This document shows positions 50,300 to 63,780 of a DNA stretch of 64,000 nt, piece by piece. This stretch comes from Antedon mediterranea (taxonomy: Eukaryota; Animalia; Echinodermata): NCBI RefSeq assembly GCF_964355755.1, contig NC_092673.1, positions 9,920,001 to 9,984,000 of the forward strand, read 5' to 3'. The position numbers and the translations under genes were made by a program. How positions within the stretch are numbered: position 1 is the first letter of the stretch; each line of letters opens with the position of its first letter. The notes below the pieces were generated by a model. The model searched no databases. It saw only the letters and a list, made by a program, of their open reading frames with translations, and was not told where the DNA came from.

Positions 50300-51050
50300 A
50301 TACACGTCGTCTCAACGAGACATGATCGTGCTTGCGGGTGATGTCGAAACTAACCCCGGTCCTGGTGGATCTACAGTAAATCTATCTTATTATAATGCTA
50401 GAAGCATTGTAAATAAAATTTCGGATCTCCAGCGTATTATCACCACTGAATCAACCAATGTAATCTGCATTACAGAAAGTTTCTTACACCCAACGATATC
50501 TAACTCTGAAATGTTTCCTACATCCTTATACACAGTATGAAGATGTGACAGAAACTGACGTGGTGGAGGAACGCTTATTGCTGTCGTTAATGACTTACAA
50601 CCTCATGACACAGCTAAGTATAATGTTGATGGTCTTGAAATATGTTGGACTGTTGTATATACTTTGAAAGGTAAATTTCTTATTGGTTGTGTATATCGTC
50701 CTCCGAATGCTAATATTACTTTCTTTGACAAACTGCAAAATAGTATGACTCAGTTTTTGACAATGTTCATTTATACAATTGTATAATTCTAACATTAATT
50801 GGAATTCTTGCGATAATTATTTAAAGAAGAAACTTTCCTCTGTTCTAGATGTATATAATAATTGTTACTAGACGCAGAAATGAACTATCTAGTGAAGGAA
50901 ACCTGATCGACCATGTCAGCAAACCTGAAACACTATCAAATCATCCATCTCAACATGTGCACCTATCTTAAGTAGCGATCACGATGGAATCCAGTTGTGC
51001 TTAGATCTCGCTTTCAAAGGGACTCGCCTGCCTCCTGGCTATTTTTTAGA
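50300..51050 (+). mobile_element. LINE APE endonuclease fragment preceded by a 2A-like motif
   Basis: LAGDVETNPGP, YNARSIVNK, ICITES, RGGG, VYRPP and SDH motifs. Confidence 0.82.
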
Positions 51051-51574
51051 CTACTCTAAGATGTTCAAAATTGACCAATTACAACAATGTATGTATTATA
51101 ACAAATTTATTACCTTGATAAAGTGCAATAGTTATGCCCCCAAACATTTTATAGAGGACTTTTGTGTATTTGGCCTCTGTATTAATACAAAGAAAATTTA
51201 ATTATCTATCAAATAAGAACATTAAAAAAAACCTAAGGTAAACTTAACGAGTTACAGGTAAAAAATTGAAAATCAATAAAAAATATTGTGTGAACAGTGC
51301 CCTCAACTTTTATCTAAAAAAAACTTGCACAATGTTTAGGTTTCCTAAATTTAACTGGTTATAACTTTGTTTAGCTTTTACACAGAAACTTGTAATCTAC
51401 ATATTATTTCTATCATACTAGAATAGTTTTTGAGAAAATATGAAAACAAAATTTTGATAGCTTTACATTTTTCTTGAGGTCATTAGATGGCACAGGCCAA
51501 AAAAGATGCTGATTTTTGGTTGGTTCAATAAAATCTGTTTAGTAAAAATTATTATATTCTATTGGAAAGATAAT

Positions 51575-52238
51575 CTTCTATTCTATTATTTTATTTATAT
51601 AGCGCTTTTCCAAATTAGTGTAAAATGATCAAAGTGCTTTACATCAGCAGACCCAACAATGAGTTACTTCTTAGGAAATAGATGTGTTTTGAGGGCTTTT
51701 TTAAATTTTAGAACCGTGGTTTGTTCCCGGATCACAGACGTGAGTTCATTCCACATCACCGGTCCAAATTTTGAGAAAGTATTATTTCCAGAGGTCCGCT
51801 TTTCGAGACAGTGATTCAATCTAGTGTGAGTCTATCTCGGACCGCAGGCCTCTCTTAGCACATCTACACCCATAAGAAATTGCTCAGATAACAGGGCGCA
51901 TTATTATTATACAATTGTAGAAATGAAGTAACACTTTAAAAGTGATTCTACTTTCAACAGGTAGCCAATGCAATTCATAAAGCAGAGGTCTATAGAACTA
52001 ACAAACATAGGTATTTGGTAAATTAACCTTGAAGCCCGATTCTGAAGCTTTTGTAATCTCAAAATGTTTTGTTTGGACATTCCAACAGTGAGTTACATTA
52101 CAATAATCTAACCTGGATAGAATTAGTGACCTCATAGCCTCGGTACACGTTTTTTTGTCTAAACAATTTCTTATTCTATGTAATGCCCTTAAGAAAAAAT
52201 TTACAGTACGGCAGACATTATCAATGTGGGGTGTCATA
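51575..52238 (-). mobile_element. L2 LINE 3' end
   Basis: LILSRLDYCN and the canonical L2 tail TGTAAAGCACTTTGA...AAAAGCGCTATATAAATAAA on the minus strand. Confidence 0.85.
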
Positions 52239-53243
52239 TGAAGAAAATCATGTTAGATTATGAGTAGCCATAATCTCGACTTGGAAGCAAACAACAACGG
52301 ATAAAAATAAGATATAACTCAACAGTGTTACATGAGAACTTGAACTAAAGTTTATTCAGAACTTCTATTACAATATACTGTATGTACATGGGTACAATGA
52401 AATGTGATCGGTCAGTTAATAACCAGAAAAGAGGTGGGGCAAACGATATTGAAGGGGTCGTCGTATAAAGCGGCGAAAGACCGAGTAAATAAGTCTGGAG
52501 CCGGTGCAAGTACGGGATTTGAACATTTTTCTGCCATAAATGATATTTTAGACCTAGACCAAATATAAACCCAAACCCCAAAACGATCGACTGGTTGGTA
52601 TGCCTGACAACCCATCGATAATTCCGAGCCCAAGTGTTCGGTCTAGGCCTGTAACTCCTACCCCAACCACTACTACTTTTAATAACAACGAAGGTAGGTC
52701 GATACGTGCGTTAGAGTTTGGTTAATCGCCAGCGAGTGACATCATATCCGTTTGTAACGCAACTTCGTTGCAATGAATCTGAACAATTTGCTCTTACGAC
52801 ACTCATTAAAATATGACCTTGGCTGTGATACGAAAGCATAACTCCGTAGGTCTGAACATACACTTAATGGATAGTATAATATGTTCAGACTCATGGAGTT
52901 ACGGTGGAGTTATGTAAGCGGCGTACATATTTTTGTGTCTGAACCATGCCGCGGATTAGCGTTAGGGAGCTGTTACTCCACGCCAGCGGCGTTAATAACT
53001 CTAGCGGGAGAGGATAGATTTCATAACGCTAATGCAGTGATGCATCAGTGATTTTAACCTTAACCAATGAAAATACACAACCACGATTAGCAGACAGCAA
53101 CTACATAGCGAAATAGCTATGTCAAATGTATTTTCAGGTTCAGATTTTAAAGAACAGTAAAGTTGGCGTCAGTGATATGATATGTTCATAAATTAAATCA
53201 ATTAATCAGATAATTGTCCGTGTAACAATTACGTTTTAAATTA

Positions 53244-53781
53244 TTTTGAATTAAAATGCAATTCTACAAGTAGTAAGAACAAATCAGTATATTTGAAGGT
53301 AAACATTATATAAATAAAAAAAACAAAAAACAATGTAATTGTCATGAATGTATACATAGTTCTATCTGCTTTGACCTGATCAGAGTGTTTTAAACGCAAG
53401 GCATTGGAATGTTGGTCGTTGTGTCTGAACACCTTGGCTTTTAACGCCACGTTAGAGCAAAGTGTTCAGATTCATTGCAACGAAGTTGCGTTACAAACGG
53501 ATGTAACCTAGGTTTTGAATTAAAATGCAATTCTACAAGTAGTAAGAACAAATCAGTATATTTGAAGGTAAACATTATATAAATAAAAAAAACAAAAAAC
53601 AATGTAATTGTCATGAATGTATACATAGTTCTATCTGCTTTGACCTGATCAGAGTGTTTTAAACGCAAGGCATTGGAATGTTGGTCGTTGTGTCTGAACA
53701 CCTTGGCTTTTAACGCCACGTTAGAGCAAAGTGTTCAGATTCATTGCAACGAAGTTGCGTTACAAACGGATGTAACCTAGG
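53244..53781. repeat. 269-bp tandem duplication
   Basis: 53244-53512 appears identical to 53513-53781. Confidence 0.95.
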
Positions 53782-55328
53782 TTTGTTTCCGCAACTTTAA
53801 AATTAATCTTAACGAATAAATATAGCGCAAACGTAACTCAAATACAAAAACATCAGAACATAAATTTAAATGGAACAAAACACGGTTTATTCGACCAAAC
53901 TAGAATAAACTAAAAATAAAACAAAAGAGAACGGAAAGTATGACTTATCTAAGGTGCCGATAAAGTTATTAAAGATAAGGTAGCTACCGCTTCCAACGGC
54001 GACCTTGACCTCCGTCTTGCGTTTTTCGCCTTACGGTAGATGAATACAGTTGATTTATATAGCAGTCTATACAGATAATTTCGGTGTCCGAGAACCAGTG
54101 GTTCTTCGGTAGCCTATACAAAGAGCCAATATTCAAAATAAAATGAACAGTCTCCAATATGTACAATACAGTCGATCAAATATAGTTTTTTAGTGCAATA
54201 TGCCAAACTATCACAAACTTCCAATCAATGCGAACTTAAAACTTAGTTCGGTAATGTAATCTTCCAATCAACGCGAACTTAAAACTTAGTTTGGTAATGT
54301 AATTAAAACATATAGCTAGTTTTAAATAAAGTCATATATTTTAATTTGTAACACTTAGAAATGACCAGCACTTCAGATGGCATAATCAGGAAAAGAGAAT
54401 GAAACATGGGAACATACCCTAATATTGGCCCAGTCACCTGACCAAGGCTAATCCCATTGGTCAATCCATGTTGCTGGGGAAAAAAGCAAAGGGTAAACTG
54501 GCCCTTATTGGTCAGTGTCTATAGAAAAAAACAGAAAGCTCTCATGCATTTACCACATAGTTTATGACATAATGACATAAACAGCAAAGGAAGTTCTAAC
54601 CAAAAGATAAACAACTAATTAAAAGCTTAACAACAAAGAAGGGCTTAAAAGATTAAAGACCCCTTCCCTGCAATTTTGGACGTTTTTTGGAAAATAATAC
54701 ATATATATCACTTTAAAAACATTAAACCATGTCATTCCTTGTCTTAAATGTACGTTTTATGGTAAATTATGATAAAAAGTGAGAAACAATGCACTACCTA
54801 AGTAGCTCGCGGCGATCGACCTCTCGTGGACGGTCTTAGGCCTAGCCTAGCTAGGCTTAGTTTTGTAGGCCTAGCTAGTAAACATCGATAACGTACGAAC
54901 ATCGTACGCTAGCTATATACCTAGCCTGACGTTGTATAGTTGCTGCATTAATTGTCTTTCTATTTTTGCCAGACTCCGTTGATACAAATTGGGGAAAACC
55001 CGGTATTTTCGCTCAAAAGTTAGGAGTCTTCCATTTGTTTTGGCTTCACGATCGATCGAAAAGTGGGCGAATTACAGGTGAAAAACAAAAATATCAATCC
55101 GCGCGCAATGCATTTTGGGATTTATAGCGGGCCGCTATAATTATTAGAATCGATTTATTTTTCACACTTTTAACCGTTTAAAGACGAAAAAAGTTATCGC
55201 AATAGGACCATGTAGTATTATTTTTACATTAAATATAGTTTGTGATCTTAAATTAGATCTCAAAAACGTAGGGAATGGGGCTTTAAAAATCTAATAAGGA
55301 AAACATGGTAAATCATGGTAGGGTTACA
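53771..55328. mobile_element. Solo LTR (about 930 bp net of the nested MITE)
   Basis: TGTAACC...GGTTACA termini with a 4-bp TSD CGGA (53767-53770 and 55329-55332). Confidence 0.82.
54657..55282. mobile_element. Kolobok-type MITE in the solo LTR
   Basis: TTAA TSD; imperfect TIRs AGACCCCTTCCCTGC / GTAGGGAATGGGGCT. Confidence 0.72.
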
Positions 55329-56801
55329 CGGATATGATGTCACTCGCTGGCGATTAACCAAACTCTAACGCATGCATAGACCTACCTTCATTTTTATTAA
55401 AAGTAGTAGTGGTTGGTTTAGGAGTTACAGGCCTAGACCGAACACTTGGGCTCGGCATTATCGATTGGTTGTCAGGCATACCAACCAGCCGATCGTTTTG
55501 GGGTTTGGGTTTATATTTGGTCTATGACCTAAAATAAAAAAAATAAAAAAAAGAAAAATGTTCAAATCCCGTACTTGCACCGGCTCCAGATTAATTTACT
55601 CGGTCTTTTGCCGCTTTATACGATGACCCCTTCAATTTCGTTTGGATATTAAATCCTTCTTTATGAGGATGGCCCATCTGCTAACGTGTCCGCCATCTCG
55701 TTGAACACAGACATCTTGTTGCCGGTGCTTTTACGCCAGTTTTTCACTTCGTTGACATTTTAAATTAATTAATATAATAATATTAATAATACTGTATAGT
55801 GTAACAACAAAAGGTATGATTTTTTCGCACGTTCACCGATCACAACAAATGGATCAGCTTGGCTATACGATGAGGAGCATATGTCACGATGTGATGTGGC
55901 GAATATTGTAATTTGATTGGCTAGATATCTATAACCTAGGTCATATTCATCGATGCGTGACTTTCGTATTGTAAGCGACGTCCACTAAACTCATACTTTG
56001 AGCATTCGTAGCGTACGAAATATCAGTGTCGTACGAGGTGGCTTCCACTAATCTTTTCCTGGTTCAGACCTATGGACCGCGTACAATACGAAAGCATAAC
56101 TCCATAGGTCTGAACAGGCCCTTATTATAATTAGATGAGAGCCTATACTTCAACACCCCCACTGGCTCGAAAGTCTTATACATAACATACATACAGATTA
56201 TTCTATTACAATCTTAAACTACTAACAAAATAAAAATAATACAGATACATACTGTATATTAAGCTACTTTTACATTAATGGTTATTAAACTACATTCTCA
56301 TAATAATTTAACCATAGATAAATTTCTAAAACTTTTGTAGTTTCAATTCGGTTGCTGGTTTTGTCATTATGCCAGCGACCATGTTTTCTGTAGGACAATA
56401 CGTTATTATTATTTTACATTCATTTACAAATTTTCTAATGAAATGGTATCGGATATCAATATGTTTGCTTCTTGATCTATTTACAGGGTTTTAGTCAGTG
56501 CAATAGCACCTTGGTTATCCTCATAGATTACAACGGATTCATGTCCATATCCCAAATCAAATTCACTCAATAGTTGAGTGATACACAAACTTTCCTTAAA
56601 GCAATATATTCGGCTTCGCATGATGATTGTTTTCTAGATTTCCATGAAATTAAAGGACCTTCTTCGGTCATACTGAAACAGTAACCCGTCGTGCTTCGTC
56701 TGTCATCAAGCGAGGATGCCCAATCTGCGTCGCTTTATGCAACTATTATTAGTCCTTTATCATTACGTTTGTAACATAATTCATAATCAATAGTTCTCTT
56801 T

Positions 56802-57416
56802 CCCTAAATTTGAACACATTTTTAGCGTGTTGTACGGGCCGAGGTTAACCCCACAAAAACCTTGCAGTTATACATTAAATCGTAATACCATGTTATACCG
56901 TAGTTCATAATCCTAAGTTGTAATGTATATATACTTGCATGCATTATGAATTAATATAAGTTTATTAAGGATTTTAATAAATATGATTTCGTTTAAAATT
57001 TAGTTTATTCAGTTACGGTATTGATTTTTTAAATCTGCTTTTGAAATTAGAAAAAAAAAATAATTTTAGAATTAGGATAAAACTATGCTACATTTTGCCA
57101 AATTATGCCAACATTTGATTAGCGTTAATGTTGAGTGCTAAATCGGTTAAAATACTCCAAAAAAGCACAATTATCTACTAGATTTGGTCAACATTTTCAC
57201 AGCACATACTTTTATTTAACGAGAGGTCAAAACAATACCCTGAGGACACTTCCAACACGCCAACAGCAACCGGGAATCCACAAAATTTTAGGATTCAGCC
57301 AAGTAGCCTTTTTTGCAATTAAAATCTTATTACACGGAATCTTTTCGATGTTATACAACACACTTCGTGTAGGCGTGTTGAGTATGTGTGTAATAGCGTG
57401 TTGTATAAACGCGCCC
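56802..57416. mobile_element. PIF/Harbinger-type MITE in the Copia RT, left end clipped
   Basis: Homologous to 6688-7129; ends GTGTTGTATAAACGCGCCC-TTA. Confidence 0.8.
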
Positions 57417-57550
57417 TTATCTTAGAACATGCTTAATAGTTTCAAAGTCTTCCTTAGTAGGGTTAGCTAAATGTTGGGATAATTTACTTACTACAAAACT
57501 TATATCGGGTCTGGTACATGTTTGGGCATAACCCATAACGAAATAACTAA

Positions 57551-59454
57551 GGCCCTGTTCAGACCCATGGCGTTAGACCGTTTTAGCGTACGACGCTAAA
57601 AGAATGTGTGTCTGAACAGTTGGGGATTAGCGTACAACGCGTCGTACAACGGTTGTAGCGTTGTAGTGGAAAACGGTTGATAGTACCGTTTTAGCGTACG
57701 ACGCTACTGTAAGTCAACGTTGTATCCAATCAGAACGTTTCCTGTTATGACGCGAAACAAGGTTTGACCTAGGCTGACATCTTGTATCGTCAATGTGTGA
57801 GATGGATTTCAATAACAAAAAGGCCAGAATAAATAAGGCCTAACTACACTACAAATACAACTGTTACAAAGGCTACAAACTATTATCAACTGATTACCAT
57901 TATATTTTCTAACAAATGACATAAATACATGCACCTTGTATTTAAACATAGGGACTACGATCCCATCCGCTTTTAGGCCTACTAGCTAGGCCTAGAGTCA
58001 TTCACGCATTTCATTCAAGCTAAAAACTAGCGTGGGACATCAAGTCACTCATTCATACAAGGCAGACTAGACTGGACAAGTTTAATGCTGAAAACCCCCT
58101 AACTCCTAAAAAAATCAGTAAACAAACAAGGGGAGCTGTGTCCCTTTTATTAGCAAGTTAAGGGTTATTTTCAACCGACTGGACCAGAGAATATATCTTT
58201 GACTGGACTGGATAGACTAATCACAATCATATTTTTCTTCATCATTACGAGGCCTGGTTTATTTTCGTAACACAAGAGCCTGGGGAAAATGTTTTTTACT
58301 ACAAAATAAAAACAATAGAAACAGAAATTTGGCTTTACTATATTTTTCTTAAATAAATGCTGAGGTATGTTTTATTTACGGCAAATTTTGTCATAATTGT
58401 AGGGCTGAGATCTAGGCCTATATACAGTGGAAATAATGATGAAAAGGGATATGACCGGTTGGGCCGCCGACAAGTTGAGCCGCCGGTAATTTCTATGAAA
58501 CGCCCAGTGCGTCTTTTACGACATTTCGCGTAGTGATAGAGGGGTGTCCTAGTACATAAGTTCATGGTCTTTAGGTTTATTGTGTCATGAAAATAAATAA
58601 TAATTACATACTACAATTTTGTCGGTTTGAACCGCCATAACAACACAGCAAAGGAAAGTAGTCATATTTAATAATTTAATTGTTTTTAATCTTTCAACGT
58701 AAAAATGCAGTGCACTCCATAATATTTTTCTCGCGTAAAATCACGTTGTCTCTCAGGACTAATAGAGTATTGATACTCTTCGAATGAGGTTAAATAATTA
58801 TTGTTTTTTATCTACTATCTTTTAATAATATCATATTTTATTGAATTTTACAATGTTAATACACAAAATATTTTACTAAAAAACGGTGATTTTATGCAAT
58901 TATTTTACCGAAAAATGGAGTAGGCCTAGTTCATACAACTGCCGCCTAAGGGGGCAACATGTTTACGTCATTTTTGGTTAAAAACGATCATTTTCGGTCA
59001 TGTTTTAGGCCTTATATTTTGGAATCTACAAGTCAGATATTCATAATTATTTCTCTTTAATTATAATATTTAATAATATATACTAAAAACCGTAATATAT
59101 AAACTTTGGAATATACATCGTTATATCTAATAATTAATATAAATAGAACTTCTATTAAATAGAAACGAGCACCGGCGAAAGTAAGCATTTGGCGTTTCAT
59201 AGAAAATAACGTTTTTCTGGCGGCGGCTCAACTTGTCGGCGGCTCAACTTGGCCTAATCCGATGAAAACACGTGGGTAACGAAGAGCACATGAATATGCA
59301 ACTAGAAACAACCTGGATGACGTACTTCCGTTGTAACGATAATCGTACGCTATGGGTCTGAACACCTCGTTTTTTTTCTCTGCGGTTTGTAACGTGACCT
59401 TGATAGTAACGTTGTACGCTAAAACGGTCTAACGCCATGGGTCTGAACAGGGCC
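57551..59454. mobile_element. PIF/Harbinger-type MITE with a nested inverted-repeat element (about 58452-59254)
   Basis: TAA TSD; perfect 41-bp TIR GGCCCTGTTCAGACCCATGGCGTTAGACCGTTTTAGCGTAC. The inner element has GCCGCCGACAAGTTGAGCCGCCG inverted ends. Confidence 0.9.
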
Positions 59455-59748
59455 TAAGTATATTTAGATAGTCTTTAATAGAAATAGCTCTATCCTTAGT
59501 AGGCTTAATAGGCCGTTAGTAGTTTTTTTCTCTTGGCTACTAAGGATTTTATCATAATTTCTTTGACTACTTTCTGACTACATAAAATAGATAGGTGACA
59601 TAATAGGTACTACCTATTAAAAGTACACAGTAAGTAGTTGTATCATAGTTGATGTAGCACTATTTAAAGTAGGTCTTTAAGCTACACCATTGTTAGTAGT
59701 TTTTAATAGATATTTTTCACCTTAAGAGTTTTTATGTAGACAGGGAAT

Positions 59749-60855
59749 AGTCTCCATCTATCTATATATAATAGATATTTAGTAGGTATGAAAAAAAAGT
59801 TAAATGTAGTTTGTTAATAGGTTATAGATAGCTGTTGTCTATCTATTATAAATAGACAGTTGATAGATAATACAAAACTGTGTTACTCATAGATTTCTAA
59901 TAGACTTGTAGTAGTCTCCATCTATATATATATAATAGATATTTAGTAGGTATGGAATATAAGTTAAATGTAGTTTGTTAATAGGTTATAGATAGCTGTT
60001 GTCTATCTATTATAAATAGACAGTTGATAGATAATACAAAACTGTGTTACTCATAGATTTCTAATAGACTTGTAGTAGTCTCCATCTATCTATATATAAT
60101 AGATATTTAGTAGGTATGGAATATAAGTTAAATGTAGTTTGTTAATAGGTTATAGATAGCTGTTGTCTATCTACAGTATTATAAGTAGACAGTTGATAGA
60201 TAATACAAAACTGTGTTACTCATAGATTTCTAATAGACTTGTAGTAGTCTCCATCTATCTATATAATAATAGATATTTAGTAGGTATGGAATACAAGTTA
60301 AATGTAGTTTGTTAATAGGTTATAGATAGCTGTTGTCTATCTATTATAAATAGACAGTTGATAGATAATACAAGACTGTGTTACTCATAGATTTCTAATA
60401 GACTTGTAGTAGTCTCCATCTATCTATATATAATAGATATTTAGTAGGTATGGAATACAAGTTAAATGTAGTTTGTTAATAGGTTATAGATAGCTGTTGT
60501 CTATCTATTATAAATAGACAGTTGATAGATAATACAAAACTGTGTTACTCATAGATTTCTAATAGACTTATAGTAGCCTCCATCTATCTATATATAATAC
60601 TAATAGATATTTAGTAGGTATGGAATACAAGTTAAATTTAGTTTGTTAATAGGTTATAGATAGCTGTTGTCTATCTATTATAAATAGACAGTTGATAGAT
60701 AATACAAAACTGTGTTACTCATAGATTTCTAATAGACTTATAGTAGCCTCCATCTATCTATATATAATAGATATTTAGTAGGTATGGAATATAAGTTAAA
60801 TATAAAATGTAAAATGTAGTTTGTTAATAGGTTATAGATAGCCGTTGTCTATATA
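59749..60855. repeat. Satellite, about 164-bp unit, about 6.7 copies
   Basis: AGTCTCCATCTAT.. recurs at 59749, 59913, 60077, 60246, 60411, 60575 and 60745. Confidence 0.95.
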
Positions 60856-62040
60856 TTAGTGCGTGTGTATAACAATTGTTACACCCAAATACCCGCTTCT
60901 CTTTTGCAGCAGCAGCATGCACGATGCAGATGATCAGAGAAAAAAGGAGCATTCGCTTGTTGTAGGCCTTTTCGATCAGACCATGAATGTTTATTTTTAT
61001 TCCAACCACAATGTCAGTTTAGTGGTAAGTGAATCAATCCATATCTTTGCATTTTATTTGTTAAAGTTAAAGTGTTCCTTTTTGATAGGCTAGAAGCTAG
61101 GCTAGTAGGCCTCTAGTAGGCTCTATATCCTAGCCAGGCCTGTATTAGTTAGTAGGCCTAGGCTAGGCTACTAAGCTAGGTAGGCCCTAGCCTAGGCCTA
61201 GTCTTTTTTAAATTGCACTAGGCATTTTTCATTCAAGTTAGAATTATAATAGCCTAGCCTAGGCCTAATATACTTTATAGCCTAGGCTTATAGGCCTACT
61301 ACTACTTAGCCTAGGCCCTACATTGCCTGTTTGTTGTTCAAAAAACATTTATTTATTCAACAATGGCATTATAAAGTATAATATAATTATAGGTGTGTAC
61401 ATAAATGAAAACATAGTAATAAGCCATAAGTTGTAGGCCTACTTCCCAGGGTTCAATTATAAAATAGATTTTTTAGTTTATAATATTAATACTAAATAGT
61501 TATACTGGGCTGCCTAGGCCTAGTATTATCAGTTTGTTAATAGGCCTAAGCCTAGTCTATAGGTTATTATTGGTAGCCCTAGTATAGCTTTGTAAGTATG
61601 CAGTTGATAGATATTACAACTGTGATATTAATAATAGATTTCTAAGGCCTAGAGGCCTAGGTCATCTAGCTATATCTACTGTATCTATTTGTAATAATTC
61701 TTAGTAGGCCTAAGTATATAAAATAAATAGTTTATTAATAGTTACTGGCTATTATCAGTTTGTTTATAGTCTGTTAATAGGTTACTGGTAGGTAGCCCTC
61801 GTATAGCAAAATTCAAATGGCATATTCAACAAAAAAATGTTTAAACAATTATTTTTTCAGAGAGACGATCTTTAACCTATACTAGTACAAATTTGATGGT
61901 CAAGTGCAAAGATGATTAATTTATGGTGAAGTGTGCTTTTGCGTAATTAATTTTTCATGTCAATAGTGACAATATTTGGTGCATTTCTTATTGTTTGGTC
62001 TAATTCCATTCAGGAATTGTTTTGAATTTTGAAGTTTAAA

Positions 62041-62610
62041 TAAAATGTATACTGTATATTTGGATACTGTGTCTTGTTTCATTTGATAAGTCTAGATTGT
62101 TACAAAAGTGATGAGTGTTGCTCTGTTACTCGGTATTCTTCCTGTCACATGTCCAACTGAGTTAAAACATGTGCAATGTTATGGTTAAGATATTAAGGTT
62201 TACAAATACTGTACTATCTTAATTTTTTGTTAAATAAATTTATAAAATGTATACTGTATATTTGGTTACTAATGTCTTGTTTCACTTAATAAGTCTAAAT
62301 TGTTACAAAAGTAACTGTTGTTGTTTGGTATTCTTCCTTTTACATGTCCAACTGAGTTAAAACATGTGCAATGTTATGGTTAAGATATTAAGGTTTACAA
62401 ATACTGTACTATCTTAATTTTTTGTTAAATACATTTATAAAATGTATACTGTATATTTGGTTACTAATGTCTTGTTTCACTTAATAATTGTTACAAAAGT
62501 AACTGTTGTTGTTTGGTATTCTTCCTTTTACATTTCCAACTGAGTTAAAATATGTGCTTAAGTTTTCGGACTCGCATATGTATGGACAAGATTAAGGTTT
62601 ACAAATACGG
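62041..62610. repeat. About 200-bp tandem repeat, 3 copies
   Basis: TAAAATGTATACTGTATATTTGG at 62041, 62243 and 62438. Confidence 0.9.
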
Positions 62611-62759
62611 GAAAAAAATTAATTTGTTATTTTTTTAATCATTATACATTTGTTATTTGCCAATAAGATGAATTATTGTTCTGTATCTGTATTTTAGCCA
62701 GAAAAGATTAGATTTTTAATTTCTGTAGATTTTAAGTATCTAAATTAACAGTAGTTAAT

Positions 62760-63780
62760 TTATGTAGATTTTTAATAGCCAATTTATATGTAGATTTTTA
62801 ATAGCCCAATAATATCTATATGTAGATTGTTAATAGCCCAATAATAGTTATTAATAGCCCAATAATATCTATATGTAGATTGTTAATAGCCCAATAATAG
62901 TTATATGTAGATTTTTAATAGCCAAATAATGTAGATTTTTAATAGCCCAATAATAGCCAAATAATGTAGATTTTTAATAGCCTAATAATAGCCAAATAAT
63001 GTAGATTTTTACTAGACAAATAATAGCCATTTTTAAGTAGATTTTTAACAGCCCAATAATAGCCAAATAGTGTAGATTTTTAATAGCCCAATAATAGCCA
63101 AATAATGTAGATTTTTAGTAGACAAATAATAGCCATTTTTAAGTAGATTTTTAATAGACCAATAATATCCAAATAATGTAGATTTTTAGTAGACAAATAA
63201 TAGCCATTTTTATGTAGATTTTTAATATCCCAATAATAGCCAAATAATGTAGATTTTTAGTAGACAAATAATAGCCATTTTTATGTAGATTTTTAATAGC
63301 CCAATAATAGCCAAATAATGTAGATTTTTAGTAGACAAATAATAGCCATTTTTATGTAGATTTTTAATAGCCCAATAATAGCCAAATAATGTAGATTTTT
63401 AGTAGACAAATAATAGCCATTTTTAAGTAGATTTTTAATAGCCCAATAATAGCCAAATAATGTAGATTTTTAGTAGACAAATAATAGCCATTTTTATGTA
63501 GATTTTTAATAGCCCAATAATAGGCAAATAATGTAGATTTTTAGTAGCTGAATAATAGCCAATTATTTAGTAGATTTTTAATAGTATAATAATAGCCAAA
63601 TAATGTAGATTTTAAGTAGACAAATTATAGCCATTTTATGTAGATTTTTAATTGCCAAATAATAGCCAATTTATACAGATTTTTAATAGCCCAATAATAG
63701 TCATTTAATTAGTAGATTTTTAATAGCCCATAAATAGCAAATTAATGTAGATTTTTAAAAGCCAAATAATAGCCAATGAA
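62760..63780. repeat. 35/36-bp minisatellite with a 71-bp higher-order dimer
   Basis: GTAGATTTTTAGTAGACAAATAATAGCCATTTTT alternates with GTAGATTTTTAATAGCCCAATAATAGCCAAATAAT; period 71. Confidence 0.93.

Larger units (their letters stand above)
52880..56121. mobile_element. PIF/Harbinger-type MITE in the Copia LTR, rearranged
   Basis: Right end TAACTCCATAGGTCTGAACAGGCCC-TTA; left remnant TGTTCAGACTCATGGAGTTA. Confidence 0.62.
52251..57530 (-). mobile_element. Ty1/Copia remnant: RT end, RNase H, PPT and a 3' LTR (56155 to about 52251) split by nested insertions
   Basis: [42 protein letters not shown] and KHIDIRYHF. PPT AGTGGGGG precedes TGTTG; putative LTR end CTAACA at 52251. Confidence 0.78.

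Noticed and set aside
53241-53719. Two identical minus-strand ORFs (MALKAKVFRH...)
   Set aside because: By-product of the 269-bp duplication in MITE sequence; no protein features.
61080-61720. AGGCCTAG-rich palindromic tract as a specific element
   Set aside because: The same low-complexity motif is scattered throughout the window and has no defined boundaries.
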